A stretch of DNA of 64,000 nt from the NCBI RefSeq assembly GCF_018350175.1, contig NC_058368.1:12338001-12402000 (forward strand). Direction: 5' to 3'. Every line of letters begins with the position of its first letter. Position 1 is the first letter of the stretch. The position numbers were made by a program, and so were the translations under genes. The notes under the pieces were generated by a model, which was not told where the DNA came from, did no database searches, and saw nothing but the letters and a program-made list of their open reading frames with translations. Positions 38,306 through 51,894 of the stretch are shown piece after piece. This stretch comes from Felis catus. Taxonomy: Eukaryota.

Positions 38306-41026
38306 GGGGGGTGGGACCCACTACAGGCCGACAGGCTCCCTGGGCTTCCGGGACTGCTAGCATGATCCAACAGCAAGAGTACGTGGTGTGGAGCCCCCTC
38401 AAGCCGCTGGAGGATTTGGGCCATGTCCTCATCGCATTGCCGCTCTTTCCAAATGAATCACTTCATTAAAACGGAAGATCTACTGGAACAGGGTGCCAGG
38501 TTACGATGATTCATCCGCCCCTTCTGTGGTCAATATGAGCAAACCCTGTGCATTCAGTACAGTTAGAAAGCCTGAATAGCCCCTCAGTTTCAGAGCTTTT
38601 GGTCTCAGTATCATGTATCTTTGTATTTTCAAAGAGGAAGTACACAAGGCATCATTATGTCAGCGGCATGTAATCAGCTGGTAGACCCTTAGTAAGTGGA
38701 CGCACATGTTTGCACTTCCAGAAGTTTCTCTTTTTGCCAAGAAGTTAATTGGCTGTTTGTAAAAAGTATGGGCACATTATATCTTGGGTTATTTCTTCCT
38801 TTGATGGTAAGCTGTAATGAAATGTGTTTTTAATGTTAGATGGGAATTTTGAAAGACTATTTTCTGCACGCCTCATATTTGCCACCCTATTTAGCTTGTC
38901 AACCAATATAGTTATTTAAACTGAGCAAGTAACATCTAATCATGAACACAATTTCAAAAGTAAATTCCCTTCCTTTTCAAAACAGATAAACTAGCAAAAC
39001 TTCACCTCTGCAGATTTGTGACCAAGCCTAAACATCAAAAGAAGTTTTATTCACCCTGAAATGCTACAGATATAAAAATAATCACACATTAAATATTCAC
39101 GTCATTACTATATATAATATTTCCCATTCAAGATGTGGCCCTCGAGCCCTAAAAAAAGAATACATCATCATCTTCTAATTCAGTTTAGTCTGGTTAAATA
39201 CATGATTCACCCAAGATTTTGAGGAGCTTTTATCTCTCAGAAGGCATCCTTTATTTGGAATTCCCTGCCTTTAATCCCTTCTCAGCTGCCACACCCCCAC
39301 GTCCTGCCTACTTCTGACAAGGGGCAAAGAGAACCTGGGTGGGGCTGTCTGGGATGGCCTGGGGGCCTGCAGAGCTGCGGAGGAAGCAAGGATAACAGTG
39401 CTAGACATTCCATTTAGAACACCGAAATAGCTGCACAGCAGACCTCTGTCATTTGTTTTTAACCGCACTAAGTGACTAAGAAGGTTTTCACTCCACGGGC
39501 TGTATTTAGTCTCTCCCTTCCGCATACTTTTAAATGTACCAAATAGCCAGTTTCAGCTCTGAATACTTCTCACTTTATAAATCCCAATGTTCAACATCTC
39601 TACACACAAGGTTTCTAACACAGTGTCGAACTGCCAGGGGAAAACCAATTTTGTCACTGTAAATAGGAGGGACCCAGCAGGTATGTATGTGTCTCACGTG
39701 AATTATAGGTGAATTGTGCGTCATCAAACAATTGAAGGTCTATATGGAAGAACATTTGCTTAGACATTTTTATAACTTTCTCCACGTCAAATAGCTTAGC
39801 AAGATTTTCATCTGAAAGTACTTTTCCAATTAAACTGGATTCTGTGCAAGTCAAAGAAATTTGTAGTCCCGCCAACAGGCAGTATGATTAGGGCTGGAAA
39901 GGACAGAAATGTGTCTCCTTTTGCATGAGCGCACCGGAGAGTTGGCAGGTTAGAGAAAAATGTCGGTGCCCACTCCACTGGAACAGATTACCCCTGCCCA
40001 TGCCTTTCACATTTTCAGATTACTTTAGGGACATATAAAAAAGGTCACCACCAAATAATTTTTCTATGACACCTAGATCACAATGTCATCAGATATTTCC
40101 AAGAACCAAAGAAGAACCATACTTTTATACCTGCAGAGCACTGCACATGTTCTCTGTCCCCCACATCACCACAGTCCTGAGAAGGATGGCTTCTGTGGCT
40201 TAAGGAGATGGCTGTAGACCACCTGGGCTTCCTAAGAGACTCAGACCCTGGTAGAAATATAGGTGCCACAGTCCTCCTTCAGTCATGGTTTTACACTCAC
40301 AATTCTTAACCTACCCTTCGACTTCTTGCAATTAAAGATAAATCTCAACACACAAACTATTTCTTAAAATATTTTAAGCCAATGGACAGCATAAACATGA
40401 CAGATCACTTTCCAATTGTTTTAGCTAACTTAGGAGAAACAACTATTCTGATGAGCATACAGAACTCAGGTTAAGCACTGAACGAGTGCTACACCCACAG
40501 TGTGGGCTATAGGACTTATTTGTGAGCTTCAGCATGATGCTTAGATGTCACTGCAGTGCTGGTGGGCAAAGGAGATGTTCTTGTGAAGATTGAGGCTCTC
40601 CACCCAGTGACAAGGTTAGGGTGACCTTATCAGCCAGTTCTGCTGACACTCAGTCTTGTGTGCTTCCTGTATCCCCAACTGTGATCCCACCCAGCAGAAA
40701 GGGTAAATTCTATTGATTTGTATCACATGTATTTCTGATTTGTAAGCATATCATCAAAACGTGGAATTAAATTTTCAAAACATTAAGAATCTAAAGATGA
40801 TGTTTGGATTTACTAGACTGAAAGGGATAATAATAAAGGTCTCCTTCTATGGAAGCAGGTTTGCTGAGCAATGGGAAAAACATAAGGGGGCACTTTCAAC
40901 AGGTCTGCATAGTCCCCAGTGGAAATGCACACTTTTCCAGGAGGCTTACCAACTGGTGATCAATTTATAAAATGCATTAGTCCTACAAATGAATATATGT
41001 ACTAGCGAGATGTTGAATGTCATATG

Positions 41027-41137
41027 TAGGGTGACCAGCTGGCCCAGCCTCCCTGGGACTGTCCCAGTTTTAGCACTGAAAGTTCAATGCCTCAGGAAAC
41101 CCCTGGGTCCCAGGCAAAGCAGGCAGGTTGGTCCCTA
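41027..41137. mobile_element. MER81-like hAT-Blackjack MITE
   Basis: 'tagggtgacca...gggactgtcccagttttagcactgaaagt...gttggtcccta', with inverted termini. Confidence 0.85.
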
Positions 41138-42181
41138 CAAGGTGGAACACTAGGCTGAAAAGAGTGAGTCACAAAGCAGACTGAAGTCAGAGGCGCAACA
41201 CAAGATCAAGCCAGCAGCAGAGCGTAATTTGTAGACACGACATGTCAGACACCTAAGTGGAGTTGAAAAGAGAAGGTGATGTCAGGATAGTGGCTCATTA
41301 TGGTGATTTGTTTAGGCTCAATTTTACGTCTCTCAATCCCTTCTTTGGTACCTCCTATATCTGAGTGTTTGAAAGTGTGCTGTGAATGCAGCGAGGTTGA
41401 AAATCTCATACAGACGTATAAACCGATGTGTGTATGATTCATATCCAGAAAAGCCCAAGTATTGTAACTCTCTTCTTGGCTGATAATAAGGGATAGATAA
41501 GTGCTCACATTTAGGATAGGGAGCAGGATTTTTACTATTATTTTCTGAGCTATGATAAAGATTTGTCAAGTGCCCCAATCTCTAAGGAGAACCAGTCACA
41601 ACTGGGGCCAAGCTCCTTCCTCCAGGACTTACAAGCCCCATAGCGATCAACCACACCCCTGCCCACTCTCCCCAACTCTATATAAGGAGGTAAATGGAAG
41701 GTAAGTCATTCATGGTGTAGTGAGTCTTGCTGGCAATTTATTTCACCAAATACTCTCTTCTTGTTATAAAGGCAAAGTCTTCAGAGGCCAGTAGAGGCAG
41801 AAAACATCAGGCTGACCCAGAGTGAGCCCAAAGATGCCTCTTTGTCATCAACAAGCAAGAATTATATACAAAAAGATCTCCATCCTTATCCTTTTTCTCT
41901 GCTACACTCCTTCCAGGGCAAGGACGGGTTGGTTAATGGTGTATAAAAAAGCTCCCTTGTGACGATGGAGGAGGAGATCAGGTTCTTGGTTTTACCCATC
42001 CTGAGTTGTGGAGAAAGCACTAATTAGAAGCCCTTTTGCTTACGTTCCTCAAACTGACATTCATAATAATGGCCTACAGGTAATATAAGACCCTTCATAA
42101 TTACCAGAGTACAAAACAGTATAAAAATGAGGTCAATTTTTATATTAACTATAAGTAAAAATAGAAATGTAGAAATATAAG

Positions 42182-42216
42182 GTGGGTTTTTTTTTTTATG
42201 TTTATGTATTTGAGAA

Positions 42217-42248
<32 letters not shown>

Positions 42249-42413
42249 CAAGCAGGAGAGGGGCAAAAAAAGAGGGAGACACAGAATCTGAAGCAGGCTC
42301 CAGGCTCTGAGCTGTCAGCAAAGAGCTGGACACAGGGCTCAAACCCATGAACCATGAATTCATGACCTGAGCCGAAGTCGAATGCTTAACTGACAGAGCC
42401 ACCTAGGCGCCCC
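42182..42413 (-). mobile_element. Feliform CAN-SINE
   Basis: TSD tagaaatataag at 42170-42181 and 42414-42425. Confidence 0.96.
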
Positions 42414-43359
42414 TAGAAATATAAGTTTGATTAACTTTATCTGATCACTTTCCAACTAGGCCTACTGAAATACTGACGGAGTTAAGCATATACTCAACAA
42501 CAAAAAAATAATTACTTTTCAAAACGAATTTTCATACTTGGTTTCACGAAGTGCCAAGTTTTGAACGTGCCTCAGCCCCGAGCTGTAAGCACTCTGATGC
42601 AGAGATCTGAATAGGCGTGGGACCTAAGAAACTATACTGGATGGATGATACACTAGATGTATAATTCCATCAACTGCACCTCTGCTTGCTCCACCTCCTT
42701 GCAAAGGCTCCTGAGGCCTGGGGGGCTCAGAGGCTGCTCCTCCAGCATTACATTCAATAGTGTTTCCATTCTGTCCCTGAGCGCATGTTTCCTTCCTCTT
42801 GTACATTATGGCCAGTCACCTGGGCTCTGCACTCTTCACCTCTGACATGCTTTACTCACATTCCTTCTGAACCCATTAGCACTTACAAAGTTTAGAAATC
42901 ATCAAACTATTCATTCCAACTCCACATGCACCACATTTTCTCCTCTTTCAATTAAAAAGAAAACACTTTTGTTTTCATGTCAGTTTCATGTCAATTAATA
43001 GAACTTTATAGCTGCTTTTAAACTTTGAACTGTTGCTACTTTTGCATTTATCAGACCAGAATCAGTTCAAAATGACTGAAGAAACTCTTCCTAATCATGC
43101 TTAACTGTGACAAACACATTAGCAAACTGGTCAGCAGAGATAAAAAATGAGGCCCTTTAGGTCTAACCGCAGCTATCGGGGGAAGTAGGACTGATGGGGA
43201 TTTCAATAAAGTATAATTTGTTTATATATTAAAATTTTTAAGTTGAAAGTAAATAGAGAAGTTTCTGTACTTGAACCACAATGTTTGCAGTGCAAATAAA
43301 GAATAATTCAATCCCTATGCCAATCCTAAAGATGTTTTGAAGAAAAAATGGTAGTGCTT

Positions 43360-43760
43360 CATGACCGACTACAGAGCTGAGGGTTAGAGGAATTTGGACA
43401 ATGACTCCAACTTTCTTATCAAGAAGATGGGAGAAAAAGATAAAGCTCTAGCCAAAATAGGACAAGGTTCCAGGCAGAAACTTAACATATTCAGTTGTTA
43501 AACTTGTTGATTGGAAGTGACAACGATCACACGATTAGAGATGTTCATTAAGGCAATCTGAAATATGGAGCTGGCCGGAAGGTGTGAGGTCTGACCAACA
43601 GATGTAGATTTGAAATTGGTAATAAAAGCCATGAATGGAAACTAAATCTTGAAGAACATAGAGCTGGGGGTTGGGGGTGTGGAATAAGAGTTGCTAGCAA
43701 AGATAACAGTAAAAACAGTCCAGAGAAGTGGGAAAAATAAAGTGCTAATGGAGTTAAGGC
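43360..43760 (-). mobile_element. L2 fragment
   Basis: 'agagatgttcattaaggcaatctgaaatatggagctgg...agatgtagatttg'. Confidence 0.55.
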
Positions 43761-46695
43761 AAGAAGTAGGCAGAGGTCAGTAAATCCAGAAGCCTTTGTC
43801 ACACTCTCTCTACCATGGGCCGAATGCCAAGTGCTATGCTAAGCCCTAAGGATAGAGAGCAAATGTAACTGACCATAGCAGGAGCCTTGGAGCTCAAAGA
43901 ACACTGGAGATAGACAAACTTAAGGACAGGAGGAGAAGGGGGACAGGCTGATTTAGAACAAAAAACTGATTTTTTGGTAACGTACAGAAATATAATCCCC
44001 AGAAATGATTTTACCATTACTTTTCATGAATTGGGATTATTATATCATAATGAGAGTCATAAATGATTAACAAGAAGGGGGTTGGGTTATTGTTATCAGT
44101 TTTTGCCAGCCCTTTCAGTTCCACACAAGAGGGCAACAGAAACAAAGCAGTGAGGCCAAATTTCAGTTTGAACATCTCTGGGAATTTGCATTTAACAAGA
44201 AAAGATCATCACTGTAAATATATTTTCCAATTTGTAACAGCTGAGACTCATAAACGGAGATTGTATGGCACATAACAGCTGACAGATTATCAGCATGTGT
44301 TGGCAAGAGCCTTTTGGCTATTAAAAGATAATTAAAACTCACTATAATATTCCAGCTGCTTCATTTAGTCATTTTGTTTTATATGCATGTGATAAGGCTC
44401 CGGTTCACTTGAAATGGACAGTTCCCCTTTATCAGCTTCTTGGGTTAAGCTGGTGAGCGAGAGCCCCTCATCTGCAAATCTCCTTCCAGCTACAAAATTT
44501 ACTCAGTGTCTTCCTCTGGCTCCAGCATCAATGGTTCTAGCTGCCAAGGAGAAGTGGATTTATCCTTTATCTGGCATAGTTAAGGCGAGCAATAGCCTAC
44601 CCATATTATGTCACTGGAGTAAAACCCTATCGTAGCCATCTTCCTAAAAAATAGATGTGCCAGACAGCAGTTCTGGGTTTTCAATGGAGGAAAAATCAAA
44701 GAGCAAGTTTCAACTGGATTTCGATTAAACTTAGTTTAATGACTGTGAATACCAACAGTACAGGAACACATTATCACAAGAGACCATGCAACCTTCCATT
44801 CTAGAGATTAGGAAAAGGAAAAAAAAAATCATAGGATAAGGTAGTAAAGGACAGCCTTTTTATAGTATGCACTGTTTAGACCCCAAAGCTGGAAGGCACA
44901 GAAATGGATGATGAAACATTTCGAGCTGTTTCTAAATGCAAAATACAGAATATTTCTGAGAATCATTCTTGCAGTTTCCAATTAAAGATTTTCAATTCCA
45001 TTTTATGTGTAGTTTTTCTACACAAGTACCTAATAGAGTCATGCACACTTTTACAGTCTGGCTGATTTAGAGAAGGGCTCTAGAGATTGGGAATTATATG
45101 TGCTCAGTCATTATACAGCCTCAGTGAACGAACTATCCAGGCCTGTGCTTCCATAAGGAAAACCAGGTTTCTCCTTAATTTGCAGCTCCAAGAACAGATC
45201 ATGCTTTCTCATACAGCTAGGCTATGGCACATGAGATTTTTCTCTTATAAACATCTTTCTTTTCTATCTTCGCTTGTGTGTCTCATTCAGAAGTCAGCGG
45301 GGGCGTCCTCTAATCTTGGAAGCCTCCCTTAAGCATTTAGTATAGACTTTGTGGCTTGGATTCTATCCTTCACTTACACCAATGGCGTGCATTTGCCTTG
45401 TACTGGAATGACCTCTATACTTCACTCCCTTCCCACTCCTGAACTACAGTGGAATCTCCTGGAAGGCAGTGCCCTTGTCTTGTCTCGCTTAGCTTGCAAC
45501 AATTGCTTAATAAGCACTGAATAAATGGGGGAATGGCTACAGGAAATTTATCTTTTGAGGAACAAATTGGTAAAATTTATATCGTCCTCATTCTCATCAG
45601 AGCTGATAATATCCTCTTTCTGAGATTTTGGTAGAAATTAAAAGGTAATAGAGAAACATATTGATAAGGAGGATATCCAGGCCAAGAATACTCACAGAAA
45701 AGGAAAAGACCACTCCAAACCAGGTCTCTCTCATCAATGTCTCCAACTATTAACTATCACACTCCCTTTGGGGTCACTCCTCACAATCGTCACTCCCCAC
45801 AATCTGATGTCATTTCAACCTTGGTAGAAGGTATCTCCTTTAGCATAATATTTCTATCTTCAGTCACATCTACATAGTCATGAGCCAAAGAAGGCACAGA
45901 AAGTGGTCCAGGTACATTTTTATTAAATCTCAGGGGTTAAGGGCAAAGGCTTCTCTGTTTATGGCTGGGTCGGGCCCAAGATATCGCCAAAAGGTGATAT
46001 CAAACTTTTATTTGAGTTTAAAAATCATTATTGATATTCCAACAGAAAGCACACTTAAAGGGTTGGTTTATTTCCACCTATGCCAGATTTTCCTAAGCTA
46101 TGATGGCCTTTCTGATCTCCTCTTCTGAAATCATCATCAGCTCTTTTTTACTAATGATAAATACCACTCCAACCTCATCAAATCTGGCTTTACTCTGCTG
46201 AAGAATCTCCCCACAGCTCCTTAGCATTAGAAACAAAGTCAACTATTTTTGATCTTTGGTGTAAGTAGCACAGCTGCTCTGCAGACCCATCGTAGCTTCC
46301 TGGTTTTGTTCTTTTGTACCTTATTTTAAAAACTGATGTATAATTGACATGTAACATCATTAGTTTAAGTTGTACAACATAGTTCAATACCTGTATATAT
46401 TGTGAAATATCACCATAATAAATCTAGTTATCATCCATCACCATATATAGTTACAGAATGTTTTTTTCCTATGATGAGAATTTTTTAAGATTTACCCATT
46501 TACCAATTTTCAAATATGCACTACAGATTTATAACTATAGTCGCCATGCTGTGTATTATATGCCCATGACTCATTAATTCTATAACTAAAAGTCTGTGCC
46601 TTTTGACTCCCTTCACCATTTTGCCTACCTCCCCTCCCTGACTCCCCTCTGGCAGTCTATTCTCTGTATCTACCACCTTGTTTTGTTTTGTTTTT

Positions 46696-46953
46696 TAATT
46701 TTTAGTTCTTTTTGATTCTACATATAAGTGATATCATACAGTATCTGTAATTTTTAGTTCTTTTCGATTCTACATATAAGTGATATCATACAGTATCTGT
46801 AATTTTTAGTTCTTTTCGATTCTACATATAAGTGATATCATACAGTATCTGTAATTTTTAGTTCTTTTCGATTCTACATATAAGTGATATCATACAGTAT
46901 CTGTAATTTTTAGTTCTTTTCGATTCTACATATAAGTGATATCATACAGTATC
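46696..46953. repeat. 5 x 52-bp VNTR within the L1 3'UTR
   Basis: Unit taatttttagttcttttcgattctacatataagtgatatcatacagtatctg starts at 46696, 46748, 46800, 46852 and 46904. Confidence 0.97.
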
Positions 46954-48615
46954 ATACAGTCTTTCTCTGTCTTATTTAATTTAGCATAATGCCCTCAAGG
47001 TCCATGAATGCTGTCACAAATGGCAAGATCTCAATCTTTTTTTTTTGGCTGAATAAAAAAGTGTATATATACCGCATCTCCTATATCCATTCACTCATTG
47101 ATAGACACTTAGGTTACCTGCCTATACTAGCTATTGTAAATAATGCTTCAGTGAACACGGGAGGTGTGTATGTCTTTCCAAGTTAGTGTTTTCATTTTCT
47201 TCAAATAAATAGCCAGAAGTGGGATTGCTGGATCACACAGGAATCCTGTTTTTAATTTTTTGAGGAACCTCCATACTGTTTTTTTCCATAGTGGCTGCAC
47301 CAATTTACATTCTCGCCACAATGCACAATGGTTCCTTTTACTCCACATTCTTGCCAACACTCGTCATTTCTTGTCTTTTTGATAATAGCCACTCTAACAT
47401 ATGTGATGTGTTATGTCATTGTGATTTTGATTTGCATTTCCCTGATGATTAGTGATATTGAAAATCCTTTTATGTACCTCTTGGCCATCTGGATGTCTTC
47501 TTGGGAAAAATGGCTATCCAGATCCTTGCCTATTTTTTAATTGGATTTTTTGGTTCATTTTTGCGATCAAGTTGAGTTCCTTATATATTTTGAATAATAT
47601 CCCTTTATCAGATATATGGTTTACAAATATTTTCTCTCATTCAGTAGGTTGCCTTTGCATGTTGTTGATGGTTGCCTTTTTCCATGCAGAAGCTTGTTAG
47701 TTTGATGTATTTTTGCTTTTGTTAACTTTGTTTTGGTGTCAATCCAAAAAACTATCACCAAGACTGATGTCAAGGAGTTTACCACTAATGTTTTCTTCTA
47801 CAAGTTTTACAATTTCAGTTCTTACATTCTTAAATTTACTATTTAAAAACATTAAATAGTTTTTAATCTATTTTGAGTTCATTTTTATGTATAAGATAGT
47901 GGTCCGTGTTCATTCTTTTGCATGAGACTGTTTAGTTTCCCCACCACCATTTATTGAAGAGACTATCTTTCCTCAGTATATATTCTTGGCTCCTTTGTAG
48001 TAAATTAAGTGACCATATATACATCAGTTTATGTCTGGGCTCTTTATTCTGTTCCATTGATCTATGTGCCTGTTTTAATGCCAATACCATACTGTTTTAA
48101 GAACTATAGCTTTGTAATACAGCTTGAAGTCAGGGAGTGTGTGATGCCTCCAGCTATGTTCTTCTTTCTCAAGATTGTCCTTGGCTATTTGGGGTCTTTT
48201 GTGTTTCTAAACAAATTTCAGAATTGCTTATTCTATTTCTGTAAAAAATGCCATTGAAATATTGATAAAAATTGCATTGAATCTGTAGATTGCTTTGGGT
48301 AGTATGGACATTAAAAATATTAATTGTTCCAATCCATCAGCATGATATATCTTTTCATTTTTGTCTTCTTCAATTTCTTTCATTAATGTCTTATAGTTTT
48401 CAGTATACAGGCCTTTCACCTTCTTGATTAAATTTATTCTCAGATATTTTATTCTTTTTGGTATAATTGTAAGTTGGATTGTTTCTTAATTTCTCTTTCT
48501 CATAGTTTGCTATTAGTATATAGAAATGCAACAGATTTCTGTATATTGATTCTGTATCCCTCAACTTTACTGAATTCACTTATTCTAACAGCTTTTGGTG
48601 GATCTTTAGGTTTTT

Positions 48616-48835
48616 TTTTATTATTATTTTTTTTTAAGTTTATTTATTTATTTTGACACAGAGAGAGAACACAAGCAGGGGAGGGACAGAGAGGGGGAGA
48701 GAAAGAATCCCAAGCAGGCTCTGCACTGTCAGCACAGAGCCTGACATGAAGCTCTAACTGACCAAACCGTGAGATCATGACCTGAGCTGAAATCAAGAGT
48801 CAGGTGCTTAACCAACTGAGCCACCCAGATGCCCT
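48616..48835 (-). mobile_element. CAN-SINE inside L1 ORF2
   Basis: Reverse SINE body ending '...aaccaactgagccacccagatgccc'. Confidence 0.94.
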
Positions 48836-51281
48836 GGGTTTTTATTTTTTTCTTTTTAATAGTATTATACTATCTGCAAATAGTGACCGTTTTACTTCTT
48901 CCATTCCAACTTAGATGCCTTTACTTATTTTTTTTCTTGCCTAATTGCTCTGCCTAAGACTTTTAATATTATCTCAAATAAAAGTGGGCATCATTTCTTG
49001 TTCTTGATCTTAGAGGAAAAGTTTTCAGCTATTCATCATGGAGTATGTTAGCTGTGTGTTTGTCATATATGGCCTTTATTATGTTGGGGTATATACTCCC
49101 TATACTCACCCTGTTGAGAATTTTTTTATAAGCAGATGTTGAATTTTGTCAAATGCTTTTTCTGCATCTATTGAGATGATTATACAATTTTTATTCTTCA
49201 TTTTGTAAATGTGATGTATCACACTCATTGATTTGTGGGTGTTGAGCCATTCTTGCACCCATGGGATAAATCCCACTTGATCATGGTATATGATTCTTTT
49301 AATATATTGTTGAATTTGGCTTGTTAATATTTGGCGATTTTTTTTTTTTTTTTGACAGTTTTCTTGTGGAATCATTGTCTAGTTTTGGTATCAGGGTAAC
49401 TCTGGCCTTGTAAAATGAGTTTGAAAGGGTCCTCTCAATTCTGTTTTTGACAGAATTTGAGAAAGACTGGCATTAGTTCTTCTTTGAACGTTAAATAGAA
49501 TTCACTAGTGAAGCTATCTAGTCCTGGACTTTTGTTTTTACAGTTCTTAAGTAATGGGATTCAGTCTCCTTAGTAATAATTAGTCTGTTCAGATTTTTTC
49601 TTTCTTCATGATTCATTCATTGATCTAATTCAGTCTTGGAAGATTGTATGTGCCTAGGAATTTATCCACTTCTTTTAGGTTGTCCAATTTGTTAATGTAT
49701 AAATGTTCACAGTAATCTCTTAGGATCCTTTGTATTTCTGTGATGTCAGTTGTAAAGTCTCTTTCACTTTTGATATTATTTGAATCTTCTTTCTTTTTTT
49801 CTTGGTGAGTTTACCTAAAGGTTTGCCAGCAATTTTGTTCATCTGCTCTTGGTTTCACTGATCTTTTCTATTGTCTTTTCAGTCTCTATGTCATTCATGT
49901 CTGCTTTGCTCCTTGTTATTTCCTTCCCTTTACTAACCTTAGGCTTTGTTTGTTCTTCTTTAGTTCTTTAAGGTATATAGTTAATTGCTATTTGAGATTT
50001 TTGTTTCATGAGATAGGCATTTATCACTGTGAACCTCCCTTTTAGAACTGCTTTTGCAGCATCCCATAAGTTTTGGTATGTTGTATTTCCATTTTTATTT
50101 GTCTCAAAAAATCTTTTGATTTTTTCATTAACCTATTAGTAGTTCAATAGCAATTTGCTTACTCTCCACATATTTGCAAATTTTCTAGTGAAGAAATTTT
50201 TGTAATGGATTTCTAGTTTCATACAATTGTGGTCAGAAAAAGATGCTTAGTACAATTTCCATCCTAAATTGTTAACACTTGTTTTATGGCCTATATATCC
50301 TGGAGTATGTTCCATGTTGCACTTGGGAAGGATGTGTAGTCTATTGCTTTTGGATGGAATGTTCTGTATACATCTGTTAAGTCCATCTGGTCTAACATAT
50401 AATTTAAAGACAATGTTTCTTTACTGATTTTCTCTCTGGATGATCTATTTATTGATGTAAGTGAGGTTTTAAAGCCCCTTACTATTATTTTATGCTATTT
50501 CTCCCTTTAGGACTATTAATATTTGCTCTATATATTTAGGTGCTCCTATGTTGGATGCATAAATATTTTTAAATGGTATATCTTCTTGTTGTGTTAACCC
50601 CTTAATCAATATGTAATGCCCTTCTTTGTCTTTTATTACAGTCTCTGTTTAAAGTCTATTTTGTCTGATATAAATACAGCTATTCCAGCTTTCTTTTGGT
50701 TTCTACTTCCATGGAATATCTTTTTCCATTCCTTCACTTTCAGTCTGTGTATGTCCTTACCTTTGAAGTGAGTCTCTTGTAGGCAGCATACAGATGTATC
50801 TTGTTTGTTTTTAACTATTCAGCTGCTGTATGTCTTTTGATTTAGCCTATTTATATTTAATTATTGATATTACATTTAATTATTTACATTTAATTAGTAA
50901 GTACTTATTGACTTATTGCCATTTTGTTTTAGCTGCTTTGTAGTTCCTCTGTTTCTTTCCTCTTCTCTTGCTCTCTTCTTTTGTGGTTTGATGACTTTGT
51001 TAAGTGGTATGCTTAGATTATTATCTTTTGTATATCTACTATAGGTTTTTGTGTGGTAGGGCTTACAACAACTTAGATTTACAACAGTCTATTTAAGTTG
51101 GTAACAACTTAAGTTTGAATGTATTCTAAAGCTCTGTATTTTTACTCTCCCCCCCAGTTTTATATGTCACATTTTACCTCTTTTTATCCCTTAAATATTG
51201 CAGTTGCAGTTATTTTTACTACTTTTGCCTTTTAAGCTTCATATTAGCTTTATAAATGATTAATCCACTACCTTTACTATG

Positions 51282-51606
51282 CAGTTGACCCTTGAACAAT
51301 ATAAGTTTGAACTTCATGGGTCCACTAATGCACAGATTTTTTTTCCAATAAAATAGTACATTGGTGTAAATATATTTTCTTTGTAATTTTCTCAATGACA
51401 TTTTCTTTTTTCTAGCTTCCTTTATTGTAAAAATACAGTATGTAATACCTATAGCATACAAAATATGTGTTAATTGACTTTGTTACTGGTAAGGCTTCCA
51501 GTCAACTGTAGGCTATTAATAGTTGAGTTTTGGAGGAGTCAAAAATCATACGTGGATTTTCAAATGTGCAGGAGCTTGATGTCCCTAACCCCTGTTTTGT
51601 GAACTC
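51282..51606. mobile_element. Tigger2-type MITE inside L1
   Basis: Begins with the Tigger2 terminal inverted repeat cagttgacccttgaacaa. Internal Tigger2a motifs; the right end is degenerate and followed by TA. Confidence 0.85.
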
Positions 51607-51650
51607 TATATTCAGCTTTGCCAGTGAGATTTATATTTTCATATGTTTTT

Positions 51651-51883
51651 TATTTTTATTGTTTTTTTTAAATTTTTTTTAACGTTTATTTATTTTTGAG
51701 ACAGAAAGAGGCAGAGCATGAACAGGGGAGGGGCAGAGAGAGAGGGAGACACAGAATCTGAAACAGGCTCCAGGCTCTGAGCTGTCAGCACAGAGCCTGA
51801 TGCGGGGCTTGAACTCACGGACCGTGAGATCATGACCTGAGCCGAAGTCGGACGCTTAACCGACCAAGCCACCCAGGCGCCCC
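51651..51883 (-). mobile_element. Feliform CAN-SINE with many CpGs retained
   Basis: Reverse SINE ending 'gccacccaggcgcccc'. Confidence 0.96.
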
Positions 51884-51894
51884 ATATTTTTATT

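Noticed and set aside
46696..46953. Regular array resembling CRISPR
   Set aside because: Head-to-tail identical units with no spacers, derived from the L1 3'UTR.
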